A DNA stretch of 27,950 nucleotides from Oscillospiraceae bacterium (lineage in GTDB: Bacteria; Bacillota; Clostridia; Oscillospirales; Oscillospiraceae), in NCBI GenBank assembly GCA_031288675.1, contig JAITQY010000022.1, forward strand, positions 1 to 27,950, in the 5' to 3' direction. A program made the translations under genes and the position numbers. This document shows, one piece after another, positions 1 through 7,066 of this stretch. The first letter of the stretch is position 1. Each line of letters begins with the position of its first letter. The notes beneath the pieces were generated by a model. The model was not told where the DNA came from, did not search any database, and saw only the letters and a program-made list of their open reading frames with translations.

Positions 1-189
1 TTCCTGTGTGCCGAAGGCTGCGCAATTCAAAGCGATAAGGATTTCGGGATTCCGGAGGCGCTAAGCGTATTGTTTGACACCCCGGGAAAATACGCCGAAA
101 CCGTCGCCGCGCTGAAAAGGGTCGCTAAACCGGACTGCGCGGAGAAAATCGCGGACTTCGCTATTGACATAGCCGTGAAAAAGGAGTAG
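1..189 (+). CDS. 3' end (62 codons plus TAG) of an unidentified gene entering from the left edge
   Basis: Frame 1 is open from base 1 to TAG 187-189 (FLCAEGCAIQ...ADFAIDIAVKKE). The tail weakly resembles the C-terminus of GT28/UgtP-type lipid glycosyltransferases, but this is not verifiable by eye. Confidence 0.5.
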   Translation, partial: FLCAEGCAIQSDKDFGIPEALSVLFDTPGKYAETVAALKRVAKPDCAEKIADFAIDIAVKKE

Positions 190-196
190 TATACTT

Positions 197-268
197 AACA
201 AGTAACAATGAACAGTTAACAATGGACGAACAATCAATTTAATTGTTCTTTGTTCATTGTTACTTGTT
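197..268 (+). terminator. Long AT-rich hairpin between the upstream gene and pfk; probable intrinsic terminator and/or operator
   Basis: Perfect 18-nt arms: AACAAGTAACAATGAACA (197-214) and TGTTCATTGTTACTTGTT (251-268). An inner 7-nt pair is GAACAAT (228-234) / ATTGTTC (242-248). The hairpin is followed by TATTATT. Confidence 0.5.
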
Positions 269-292
269 TATTATTGGTATGGAGGTATCACA

Positions 293-1534
293 ATGAAAGG
301 CAGTTGTATAATCGGACAATCGGGCGGTCCGACCGCCGTTATTAACGCCAGTCTCTACGGCGCCGTCAAGGCGGCTATGGAAAGCGGACAAATCACGCGC
401 GTACTCGGCGCGAGGCACGGAATCAAGGGCGTTCTGAACGACGACCTTATTGACCTTAACAAAGAAGATGCGGAGCAAATCGAACTTCTGCCGTTTACGC
501 CGTCCTCTGCGCTCGGCAGCTGCCGTTACAAACTGAAAGACCCGGACAGCAACTCCGCGGAATTTGAGAAGCTGCTGGAGATCTTCAAAAAGTATGACGT
601 CCGCTATTTCTTCTACATAGGCGGCAACGACAGTATGGATACGTGCGAAAAGGTCAGCCGGTATATGGATAAAGCCGGCTATGAGTGCCGCGTCGTCGGT
701 ATCCCTAAAACCATTGACAACGACCTCGCCGGAACCGACCATTGCCCTGGTTACGGCAGCGCGGCAAAGTTTATCGCCGTCAGTATGATGGAGATATACA
801 AAGACTGCCGGGTTTATGACAAGCGAACTATTACGATTGTAGAGATTATGGGACGGAACGCCGGCTGGCTTACCGCCTCTGCCGCTCTTGCAAGTAAATT
901 CGGCGATGGTCCTGATTTGATTTATCTGCCGGAAACTGATTTCGACCTTAGCGCGTTTCTTGACCGCGCGGTTGCGGAGTACGAAAAACAGGGCGGTTTA
1001 CTTGTCGCCGTCAGCGAGGGCGTTCACAACGCTAAAGGGCAGCTTATCGTTGAGGAATCGCTCGAGACAGGCGACGGCTTTGTCGACGCGTTCGGTCATG
1101 TTCAGCTCGGCGGAGTCGCTTCCCTGCTCGCTTCCAAGCTGCAGAAGCGCACGGACGCTAAAGTACGCGCTATTGAGCTTTCTCTGCTCCAGCGCTGTGC
1201 GGCTCACAACGCGAGCCTAACGGATATTACCGAAGCGCAAAACGCCGGCGCGGCGGCGGTCAAAGCCGCTTTAGACGGCTTTACAGGTAAGATGATCGGC
1301 TTGGAACGCTGCGTTAACGCGGAAGGCGGCTACGCCAGCCGCACGATTATGATTGACCTCTCTTCCTGCGCCAATGCGGAACGAACTGTTCCTCAGGAGT
1401 GGATTACGGACGGCGGTATAACCGATGAATTTATTGATTACGTTCTTCCTCTTATTCAGGGTTCTCCGGAGCGTCCGATAGAGAACGGACTTCCTAAATT
1501 CACAAAATTCAGGAATATAAAAGCGCAGATATAA
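293..1534 (+). CDS. pfp: 6-phosphofructokinase family enzyme, predicted pyrophosphate-dependent (PPi-PFK)
   Basis: The translation MKGSCIIGQSGGPTAVINAS...IGGNDSMDT...IPKTIDNDL...MGRNAGWL is a PFK fold. GGAGG at 281-285 lies 7 nt before ATG 293; the ORF-track start at 257 is upstream of the RBS. GGNDS plus PKTIDND is the PPi-type residue pair. Confidence 0.9.
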   Translation: MKGSCIIGQSGGPTAVINASLYGAVKAAMESGQITRVLGARHGIKGVLNDDLIDLNKEDAEQIELLPFTPSSALGSCRYKLKDPDSNSAEFEKLLEIFKKYDVRYFFYIGGNDSMDTCEKVSRYMDKAGYECRVVGIPKTIDNDLAGTDHCPGYGSAAKFIAVSMMEIYKDCRVYDKRTITIVEIMGRNAGWLTASAALASKFGDGPDLIYLPETDFDLSAFLDRAVAEYEKQGGLLVAVSEGVHNAKGQLIVEESLETGDGFVDAFGHVQLGGVASLLASKLQKRTDAKVRAIELSLLQRCAAHNASLTDITEAQNAGAAAVKAALDGFTGKMIGLERCVNAEGGYASRTIMIDLSSCANAERTVPQEWITDGGITDEFIDYVLPLIQGSPERPIENGLPKFTKFRNIKAQI

Positions 1535-1540
1535 AAACAC

Positions 1541-1569
1541 TTGACACGTATGAAAATACGTGTCATAAT
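1541..1569 (+). promoter_or_regulatory. Sigma-70-type promoter of hicAB with an operator palindrome in the spacer
   Basis: TTGACA (1541-1546), a 17-nt spacer, then CATAAT (1564-1569). The inverted repeat ACACGTA (1544-1550) / TACGTGT (1557-1563) overlaps the -35 element and spacer. Confidence 0.7.
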
Positions 1570-1591
1570 ATTATTAAAGGATACTCAAACA

Positions 1592-1789
1592 GTGAAAAGC
1601 TATTCCTCCCGGGAAGTCATAAAAATACTCACAGCAGACGGGTGGTATGAGGTCGCCTGTGACGGTGACCATCATCAGTTTAAGCATCCGGTCAAACCGG
1701 GAAAAGTGACTGTGACACATCCCAAAAACACTATACCTATAGGAACGCTTGGAAGTATAAGCCGGCAAGCGGGTGTAAAATTCAAATAA
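1592..1789 (+). CDS. hicA: HicA-family mRNA interferase toxin
   Basis: The translation KSYSSREVIKILTADGWYEVACDGDHHQFKHPVKPGKVTVTHPKNTIPIGTLGSISRQAGV matches the HicA/YcfA pattern. GTG 1592 follows AAAGGA (1576-1581). The ORF-track start at 1541 is the TTG of the -35 box. Confidence 0.85.
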   Translation: MKSYSSREVIKILTADGWYEVACDGDHHQFKHPVKPGKVTVTHPKNTIPIGTLGSISRQAGVKFK

Positions 1790-1800
1790 GAGGAAATATA

Positions 1801-2202
1801 ATGAAAGACGTTTATATCTATCCGGCTATCCTATCATACGCAAAAGACGGAATTTCTATAGAATTCCCTGATTTTCCAGGATGCCTGCCGTGTGCAGATA
1901 CAACGGAAGAAGCTGTCAAAAACGCTCGTGAAGCGTTAAGTCTGCATATTTGGGGAATGGAGCGGGACGGAGATACCATTCCTGCTCCGGCTAAAATCAC
2001 GGAGCTTAATTGCGGTAAAAATGAGATTTCTTTGCTCGTTGAGATTTTCATGCCGTCTGTGCGCGAACGGTTAAATAACCGCTATATAAAGAAAACCCTC
2101 ACAATTCCGCAATGGCTGAATATAGAAGCGGAACGCGCGGGTGTAAATTTCTCTCAAGTTCTTCAAAACGGACTTAAAGAATATCTGCACATCAATAAAT
2201 AA
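1801..2202 (+). CDS. hicB: HicB-family antitoxin with a C-terminal ribbon-helix-helix-like DNA-binding tail
   Basis: The N-terminus YIYPAILSYAKDGISIEFPDFPGCLPCADTTEEAVKNAREALSLHI matches the HicB fold. The C-terminus is KKTLTIPQWLNIEAERAGVNFSQVLQNGLKEYL. AAGAGGA (1788-1794) precedes ATG 1801, which lies 11 nt after the hicA stop. Confidence 0.85.
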   Translation: MKDVYIYPAILSYAKDGISIEFPDFPGCLPCADTTEEAVKNAREALSLHIWGMERDGDTIPAPAKITELNCGKNEISLLVEIFMPSVRERLNNRYIKKTLTIPQWLNIEAERAGVNFSQVLQNGLKEYLHINK

Positions 2203-2209
2203 CCACATT

Positions 2210-2710
2210 ATGTTATCAACAATTTTCCCGGGAAATGTTAATATCCGCACCGCGCTTCCAACCGATTTTCCTTCAACGGTACGGATTTGGCAGGAGGCTT
2301 TCGGCGGCGGCGGAGAAGCGGCAGCATTCCTGCGGGAGTATTACACTCCGGCGGGCGCGGTTGTTGCGGAGCTTAACGGCGCGGTGATTGCGGCGGCGTA
2401 TCTTGTATTCGGCGCGCGTGTCCTTGACAACGCCGGAAACGCCCGAAGCTGTCCTTATCTATACGCCGTTGCGGTAGACAAGCGTTTCCGCGGATACGGT
2501 TACGGGAAAGCCATCGTCAGTTTTGCCGTACGTCAGGCATTTCAGCTTGGGTATGATTGTATCTTTACCTGTCCGGAGCGCCCTGAACTTTTCAGCTATT
2601 ACAGGGCTTTAGGTTTCACGCAGAAGATTTCCGTTAAAAAGCGGCTGTTCCTGCCCGCTAAATGGCGGGAGAGTATCTGGACATTAGAACGGGGGCTTTT
2701 GCTCGGCTAA
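2210..2710 (+). CDS. GNAT-family N-acetyltransferase
   Basis: Acetyl-CoA motif A is present (LYAVAVDKRFRGYGYGKAIV), followed by FSYYRALGF. ATG 2210 is 7 nt after the hicB stop and has no Shine-Dalgarno sequence. Confidence 0.8.
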   Translation: MLSTIFPGNVNIRTALPTDFPSTVRIWQEAFGGGGEAAAFLREYYTPAGAVVAELNGAVIAAAYLVFGARVLDNAGNARSCPYLYAVAVDKRFRGYGYGKAIVSFAVRQAFQLGYDCIFTCPERPELFSYYRALGFTQKISVKKRLFLPAKWRESIWTLERGLLLG

Positions 2711-2764
2711 GTGGGTTACTCGGGCAAATTTAAGCGTTCGCCCTTAAAAATTTACATAAAGTAC

Positions 2765-2793
2765 TTGCAATTTCGCTTTGGTTGTGGTATAGT
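2765..2793 (+). promoter_or_regulatory. Candidate dnaA promoter with an extended -10
   Basis: TTGCAA (2765-2770), a 17-nt spacer, then TGG-TATAGT (hexamer at 2788-2793). Confidence 0.55.
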
Positions 2794-2889
2794 ATGAGGG
2801 TATGGTAAACAGATTGCAGAAATACAGTTTCCTGCCTGTTTGCCAGACTCTAACTTTTTATTTTCTCACAAAGAACGGAGGTCGCTTTA

Positions 2890-4296
2890 TTGAATTCTTC
2901 TCAAATGCCCGAGACTTCAAAATCTGAATTTTGGGAGCTTATACTCAGGCTTTTAACAGAAGACCAAGGCGTTAGTCAGGCGGCCGTTGACGCTTGGCTG
3001 AAAGACTGTAAAGTAATCTCTATCGACGATGATAACGTTGTGATTTACCGGGACGATAAATGGAAGCGCGACGTCATCGAAAAAACTTACGGCAAAAAAA
3101 TCACAGCCGTTCTGCAGCAACTGCTTGATGAAAACACTTCACCCAAGTTTATATGCGAAGAAGATCAGATAGTTGCGGTCAATTCAGGACAAAAAACTAA
3201 CCCTAACTTCAGCAATGATAAATACAGCTTCAGTAACTTTATTGTCGGCCGCTCCAATGAGATGGCATACAGCGCCGCCCGGGCGGTCGCAAACGGCAAC
3301 GGAGAAAAATATAATCCTCTGTTCATCTACGGAAATCCCGGTCTCGGCAAAACGCATCTTTTATACGCCGTTGCTCACGAAATCAAAAAAAGCGCTCCGG
3401 CAGCGCACATTATCTATATCAAAGCTGAAAGTTATATGAACGAGCTTATTAACTCAATCTATAACAAAACCATGACTTCGTTCCGCGAAAAATACCGCAA
3501 CTGTGACGTCCTGCTTATTGACGACATCCAATTTATCGCCGGCAAAGATCAAACTCAGGACGAGTTCTTCCACACTTTCAACAGCCTGCACGAATCCGGC
3601 AAACAGATTGTTTTAACTTCCGACCGACCGCCGCGCGATATTCTCCGTTTAGAGGACAGGCTTAAATCCCGCTTTGAATGGGGTCTGATGACGATAATCA
3701 ATCCGCCGGATTTGGAAACGCGTATCGCAATAGTCAACAGTAAGGCGTCCTCTCTCGGAATCTATGTTCCGCCGGAAATCGCTTACTATATCGCCGAAAA
3801 CATAACCTCTAACGTAAGAATGATCGAGGGTGTTCTTAACCGCATAACAGTCTACAAAGAGCTTCTCAAACCTGGCGATGAACTTAATATAGACAGCGTT
3901 ATCGAAATCACAAGCGACCTTATCTCCAAAGAAAAGGAATGTTCGCCGCAGCAAGTGATTGAGCGCGTTTCGAAATATTTCCTAATTGAAGCCACTGCTA
4001 TGCTTGGTAAAAGCCGTGATAAAACCACCGCGCGCGCGCGTCAGCTCGCTATGTACCTTATCCGCGAACTTACTGACCTGACGCTTGACGATATAGGCAA
4101 ACTGTTCGGACGCGATCACAGCACGGTTATTCACGCGTTAAAGAAAATCGAAGACGAAAAAGACGTTAACAGTGAAATTTCAGACGCCATCCGCGACGTA
4201 CAAGCAAACATCCGTGAAACCAATGAAGCAAAAATAACAAGCGAGAATATAGACTCGCGCAGCGAATGGGCAGGTATCCCCATAGATAACTTGTAA
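2890..4296 (+). CDS. dnaA: Chromosomal replication initiator DnaA
   Basis: AAA+ Walker A GNPGLGKTHLL, LLIDDIQF, the sensor region and domain IV (LIRELTDLTLDDIGKLFGRDHSTVIHA) are all present. The TTG start at 2890 lies 8 nt after GGAGG (2877-2881). Confidence 0.97.
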   Translation: MNSSQMPETSKSEFWELILRLLTEDQGVSQAAVDAWLKDCKVISIDDDNVVIYRDDKWKRDVIEKTYGKKITAVLQQLLDENTSPKFICEEDQIVAVNSGQKTNPNFSNDKYSFSNFIVGRSNEMAYSAARAVANGNGEKYNPLFIYGNPGLGKTHLLYAVAHEIKKSAPAAHIIYIKAESYMNELINSIYNKTMTSFREKYRNCDVLLIDDIQFIAGKDQTQDEFFHTFNSLHESGKQIVLTSDRPPRDILRLEDRLKSRFEWGLMTIINPPDLETRIAIVNSKASSLGIYVPPEIAYYIAENITSNVRMIEGVLNRITVYKELLKPGDELNIDSVIEITSDLISKEKECSPQQVIERVSKYFLIEATAMLGKSRDKTTARARQLAMYLIRELTDLTLDDIGKLFGRDHSTVIHALKKIEDEKDVNSEISDAIRDVQANIRETNEAKITSENIDSRSEWAGIPIDNL

Positions 4297-4331
4297 TATA
4301 TTAGTAAATAATTGTAAATCATTTTTTCAGG

Positions 4332-4467
4332 TTATCAACATTATCAACATATAGTTATCAACATTATCAACAAGACATCAAGTATACCTGAAAAGTTGTC
4401 AACTTTTCAACAAAGTTATCAACATCGACTTTCCCTTATTTTTCGACCACCGCTGAACTTATCCACT
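4332..4467 (+). promoter_or_regulatory. DnaA-box cluster, all boxes in the same orientation
   Basis: Perfect TTATCAACA occurs at 4332-4340, 4341-4349, 4355-4363, 4364-4372 and 4416-4424. Degenerate boxes are TTGTCAACT at 4396-4404 and TTTTCAACA at 4404-4412. The terminal box is TTATCCACT at 4459-4467. Confidence 0.85.
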
Positions 4468-4478
4468 TTTTTGATGCC

Positions 4479-4530
4479 CTACTACTACTACTATATCTAT
4501 ATAATATATTATTATATGAGCGAGAAGAAA
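4479..4530 (+). repeat. DnaA-trio-like (CTA)5 tract followed by an AT-rich DNA unwinding element
   Basis: CTACTACTACTACTA occupies 4479-4493; the bottom strand reads TAG x5. It follows a short G/C cluster (GCCC, 4476-4479). TATCTATATAATATATTATTATAT follows it. Confidence 0.7.
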
Positions 4531-4558
4531 TTTTTATTCTTTATTCCGGAGGGTTAAA

Positions 4559-5683
4559 ATGAAATTTTATTGCGACAAATCAGAGCTACTGTCAGCTATA
4601 CGCATAGCTGGCAGAGCAGTAGCGCAAAAGAGTACTATACCGGCGTTAGAGGGCTTACTTCTGCAAGCTCAGAATACTAAACTTGTTATCACCGGATATG
4701 ACTTAAAGACAGGTATTCGTACAGAAGTAGACGCTGAAGTTGAAGAATCAGGTTCTGTAGTACTTAACAGTAAATTGTTCACGGAAGTTATTAACGCCAT
4801 GCCGTCGGACAGACTGTCAATAATCGGGGAAGATATGAATATAAAAATTTCCTGCTTCTCCTCAGAGTTCGAGATTCTGTCAAGTCCGGCTGAGGACTTT
4901 CCGGAACTGCCGTCAATTGATGCGGAAGATCAGATTCGTGTTCCTCGCGGAATGCTAAAGAATATGATTTCACAAACAGTATTCGCGGTAAGCGATAATG
5001 AAAGTAAGCCTATACACACGGGATCGTTATTTGAACTTGTGAACGGCGAGTTGTCCGTGATAAGCGTAGACGGATACCGCTTAGCGCTCAGGCGTGAGGA
5101 CGTGGGACAGTTTAATAAAGTAAGCGATATTATTCAGAAATTTGTAGTACCGGGCAAGACTCTTAACGAAATCGAAAAAATATGCCCCGACGATGAGGAA
5201 CTTGCGGCGGTTACGGTTGGTAGCCGATATATTCTGTTCCGCGTAGGCGCGACGGAGATAATAAGCCGTAGGCTTGAGGGTGAATTCCTTGACTATAAAC
5301 GCGCGATACCAAAGGAGCAGAAATATACTCTGTTTGCGGAGCGCAGGGCATTGCTTACGGCGGTTGACCGCGTATCTTTAATCATTGACGATACGCTGAA
5401 ATCTCCGTTACGGATGACAGTCGGCGACGGTATCGTAAAAATGCGTGCTGTGACAACGGTCGGAAAAGCGTCTGACGAATGCCTTATTAAAGGCGACGGA
5501 GAAAACTTAGAGATAGGGTTTAATAACCGTTATATGCTTGACGCGCTTAAAGCGGCGCCGTCTGACGAGCTTAAAATATTCTTTAATACGGCGGTCAATC
5601 CTTGCATTATGGTTCCGGCAGACGATGAACAGGATAACTTCCTGTATATGGTTCTTCCGGTAAGACTTACGACGGCAAGTTAA
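4559..5683 (+). CDS. dnaN: DNA polymerase III beta sliding clamp
   Basis: The translation [14 protein letters not shown]...IPALEGLLL...GYRLA...[12 protein letters not shown] is a typical DnaN. GGAGGG (4548-4553) precedes the ATG. Confidence 0.97.
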   Translation: MKFYCDKSELLSAIRIAGRAVAQKSTIPALEGLLLQAQNTKLVITGYDLKTGIRTEVDAEVEESGSVVLNSKLFTEVINAMPSDRLSIIGEDMNIKISCFSSEFEILSSPAEDFPELPSIDAEDQIRVPRGMLKNMISQTVFAVSDNESKPIHTGSLFELVNGELSVISVDGYRLALRREDVGQFNKVSDIIQKFVVPGKTLNEIEKICPDDEELAAVTVGSRYILFRVGATEIISRRLEGEFLDYKRAIPKEQKYTLFAERRALLTAVDRVSLIIDDTLKSPLRMTVGDGIVKMRAVTTVGKASDECLIKGDGENLEIGFNNRYMLDALKAAPSDELKIFFNTAVNPCIMVPADDEQDNFLYMVLPVRLTTAS

Positions 5684-5697
5684 GCAGGAGGATGATT

Positions 5698-5934
5698 ATG
5701 CAGACAACACAAACGGAGAAATCAGAAACGAGCATTAAAATCTATACAGAGTTCATAAAACTTGACAGCGCGCTTAAATATGCGGGGGTTGCAATGACCG
5801 GCGGTGAGGCAAAAGCCATCATCAGTAACGGAAACGTAAAAGTAAACGGTAATGTTTGTATCCAGCGCGGAAAAAAGATTTATCCAGGTGATGTGATAAA
5901 TTTTCAGGGCGCGGAGTTTATCGTTAAAAATTGA
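5698..5934 (+). CDS. yaaA: S4-domain RNA-binding protein (YaaA family)
   Basis: The sequence [48 protein letters not shown] and the conserved position between dnaN and recF support the call. The second ATG (5698) is better spaced from GGAGG (5687-5691) than ATG 5692. Confidence 0.85.
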   Translation: MQTTQTEKSETSIKIYTEFIKLDSALKYAGVAMTGGEAKAIISNGNVKVNGNVCIQRGKKIYPGDVINFQGAEFIVKN

Positions 5935-5938
5935 TTTA

Positions 5939-7066
5939 ATGCAGTTAAAGTCAATAAAACTGACTAATTTCCGCAACTACCGCAATACGGAAACTATGAA
6001 TTTCAGCGCCGGGACGAACATCATCTGCGGTGAAAACGCTCAGGGCAAAACTAATCTTTTAGAGGCTGTTTACTACACTTGCCGCGGACGAAGCTTCCGA
6101 ACCCGTACAGTAAACGACGTAATCCGTTTTCAGGAAGCGGAGGCGGAAATTGACGCCGTTATCGAACAAAACGGAAGACTTCATACGTCGGAAGTAACTC
6201 TTGAACGGAATGACCGCAAACGGATTTACATTGACGGTACGGAACAAAAAACGCTTACGGAGTATCCGTTTCACGCGGTCTTATTTCAGCCGGAAGATTT
6301 AGAGCTCGGACGCGGCGCGGCGGCAATGCGGCGCAGATGGTTAGATACGGTTATCAGCGCGCTTAGACCCCGTTATTCTGACGCTCTGACAGAGCACAGA
6401 AAACTTTATGACAGCAAGCTAAAATTATTAAAAGATATTCGTGAAAATCAGACGCTGATAAAAGTCTTGGAGGACTTTGATATTTTACTCGCAAAGGCGG
6501 ACGCGGTGCTGATACACTACCGCGCTTTGTTTTGCAAGAGGATTGCCCCGCTGATTGCGGAAAATACCGCTATGTTGTCTGGTGAATCCCTTACTGCTGA
6601 ATACCGCGCGGTAACAAGTATCTCTCATCCGGAGGAACTTAAACCATCAGAAATCTGCGTTAAACTTCTTGAACGCCAAAGCGGGCTTCGCGATGCTGAA
6701 CTGGCAAGCGGAAATGTATTATCCGGAGCGCGGAAAGACGACTTTACGATTACACTTAACGAACTCGGCTCAGAGTTTTGGTCACAGGGTCAGGCACGAA
6801 CAGTAGCGGTTGCTATGAAACTTGCCGAGCGTGAATTCCTGAAGCAGGAATCCGGCGAATATCCGATACTTTTGCTTGACGATGTACTCAGCGACCTTGA
6901 CGAGCGGCGTCGTCACGCCGTCCTTAATAAAATCGACAGCGGGCAGACATTCATTACCTGCTGTGACGCAGACGAACTAAACACAAAAAATACAGAGAAC
7001 GGAGAATCGGCAAAGGGCAATGGAAAATGGAGAGTTGAAAATGGAGAAATCCGAGCTGAACAATGA
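5939..7066 (+). CDS. recF: DNA replication/repair protein RecF
   Basis: The N-terminus LTNFRNY...GENAQGKTNLLEA is a RecF Walker A region, followed by the signature/Walker B region QGQARTVAVAMKLAE...ILLLDDVLSDLD. The C-terminal tail overlaps the gyrB start. Confidence 0.95.
   Translation: MQLKSIKLTNFRNYRNTETMNFSAGTNIICGENAQGKTNLLEAVYYTCRGRSFRTRTVNDVIRFQEAEAEIDAVIEQNGRLHTSEVTLERNDRKRIYIDGTEQKTLTEYPFHAVLFQPEDLELGRGAAAMRRRWLDTVISALRPRYSDALTEHRKLYDSKLKLLKDIRENQTLIKVLEDFDILLAKADAVLIHYRALFCKRIAPLIAENTAMLSGESLTAEYRAVTSISHPEELKPSEICVKLLERQSGLRDAELASGNVLSGARKDDFTITLNELGSEFWSQGQARTVAVAMKLAEREFLKQESGEYPILLLDDVLSDLDERRRHAVLNKIDSGQTFITCCDADELNTKNTENGESAKGNGKWRVENGEIRAEQ

Larger units (their letters stand above)
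4297..4558 (+). other. oriC, the chromosomal replication origin in the dnaA-dnaN intergenic region
   Basis: The region contains a DnaA-box cluster, a GC-rich spacer, a trinucleotide tract and an AT-rich unwinding element, and sits between dnaA and dnaN as in other Bacillota. Confidence 0.85.

Noticed and set aside
257-292. Longer N-terminal extensions offered by the ORF track (257 pfk, 1541 hicA, 15225 queA, 16325 antitoxin, 24171 peptidase, 26831 rpoD)
   Set aside because: In each case a downstream ATG or GTG sits at proper distance from a GGAGG-type RBS, and the conserved protein N-terminus begins there. Several of the extended starts are TTG codons inside promoter or SD elements.
2711-2760. 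Possible terminator after the GNAT gene (GGGC...GCCC followed by TTAAAAATTT)
   Set aside because: Only a 4-bp stem with a roughly 14-nt loop can form, which is too weak to call.
4479-4530. Short tandem repeats (CTA x5, then TA-rich) considered as a CRISPR or microsatellite artefact
   Set aside because: There is no repeat-spacer organisation. The position next to the DnaA boxes fits a DnaA-trio/DUE instead.
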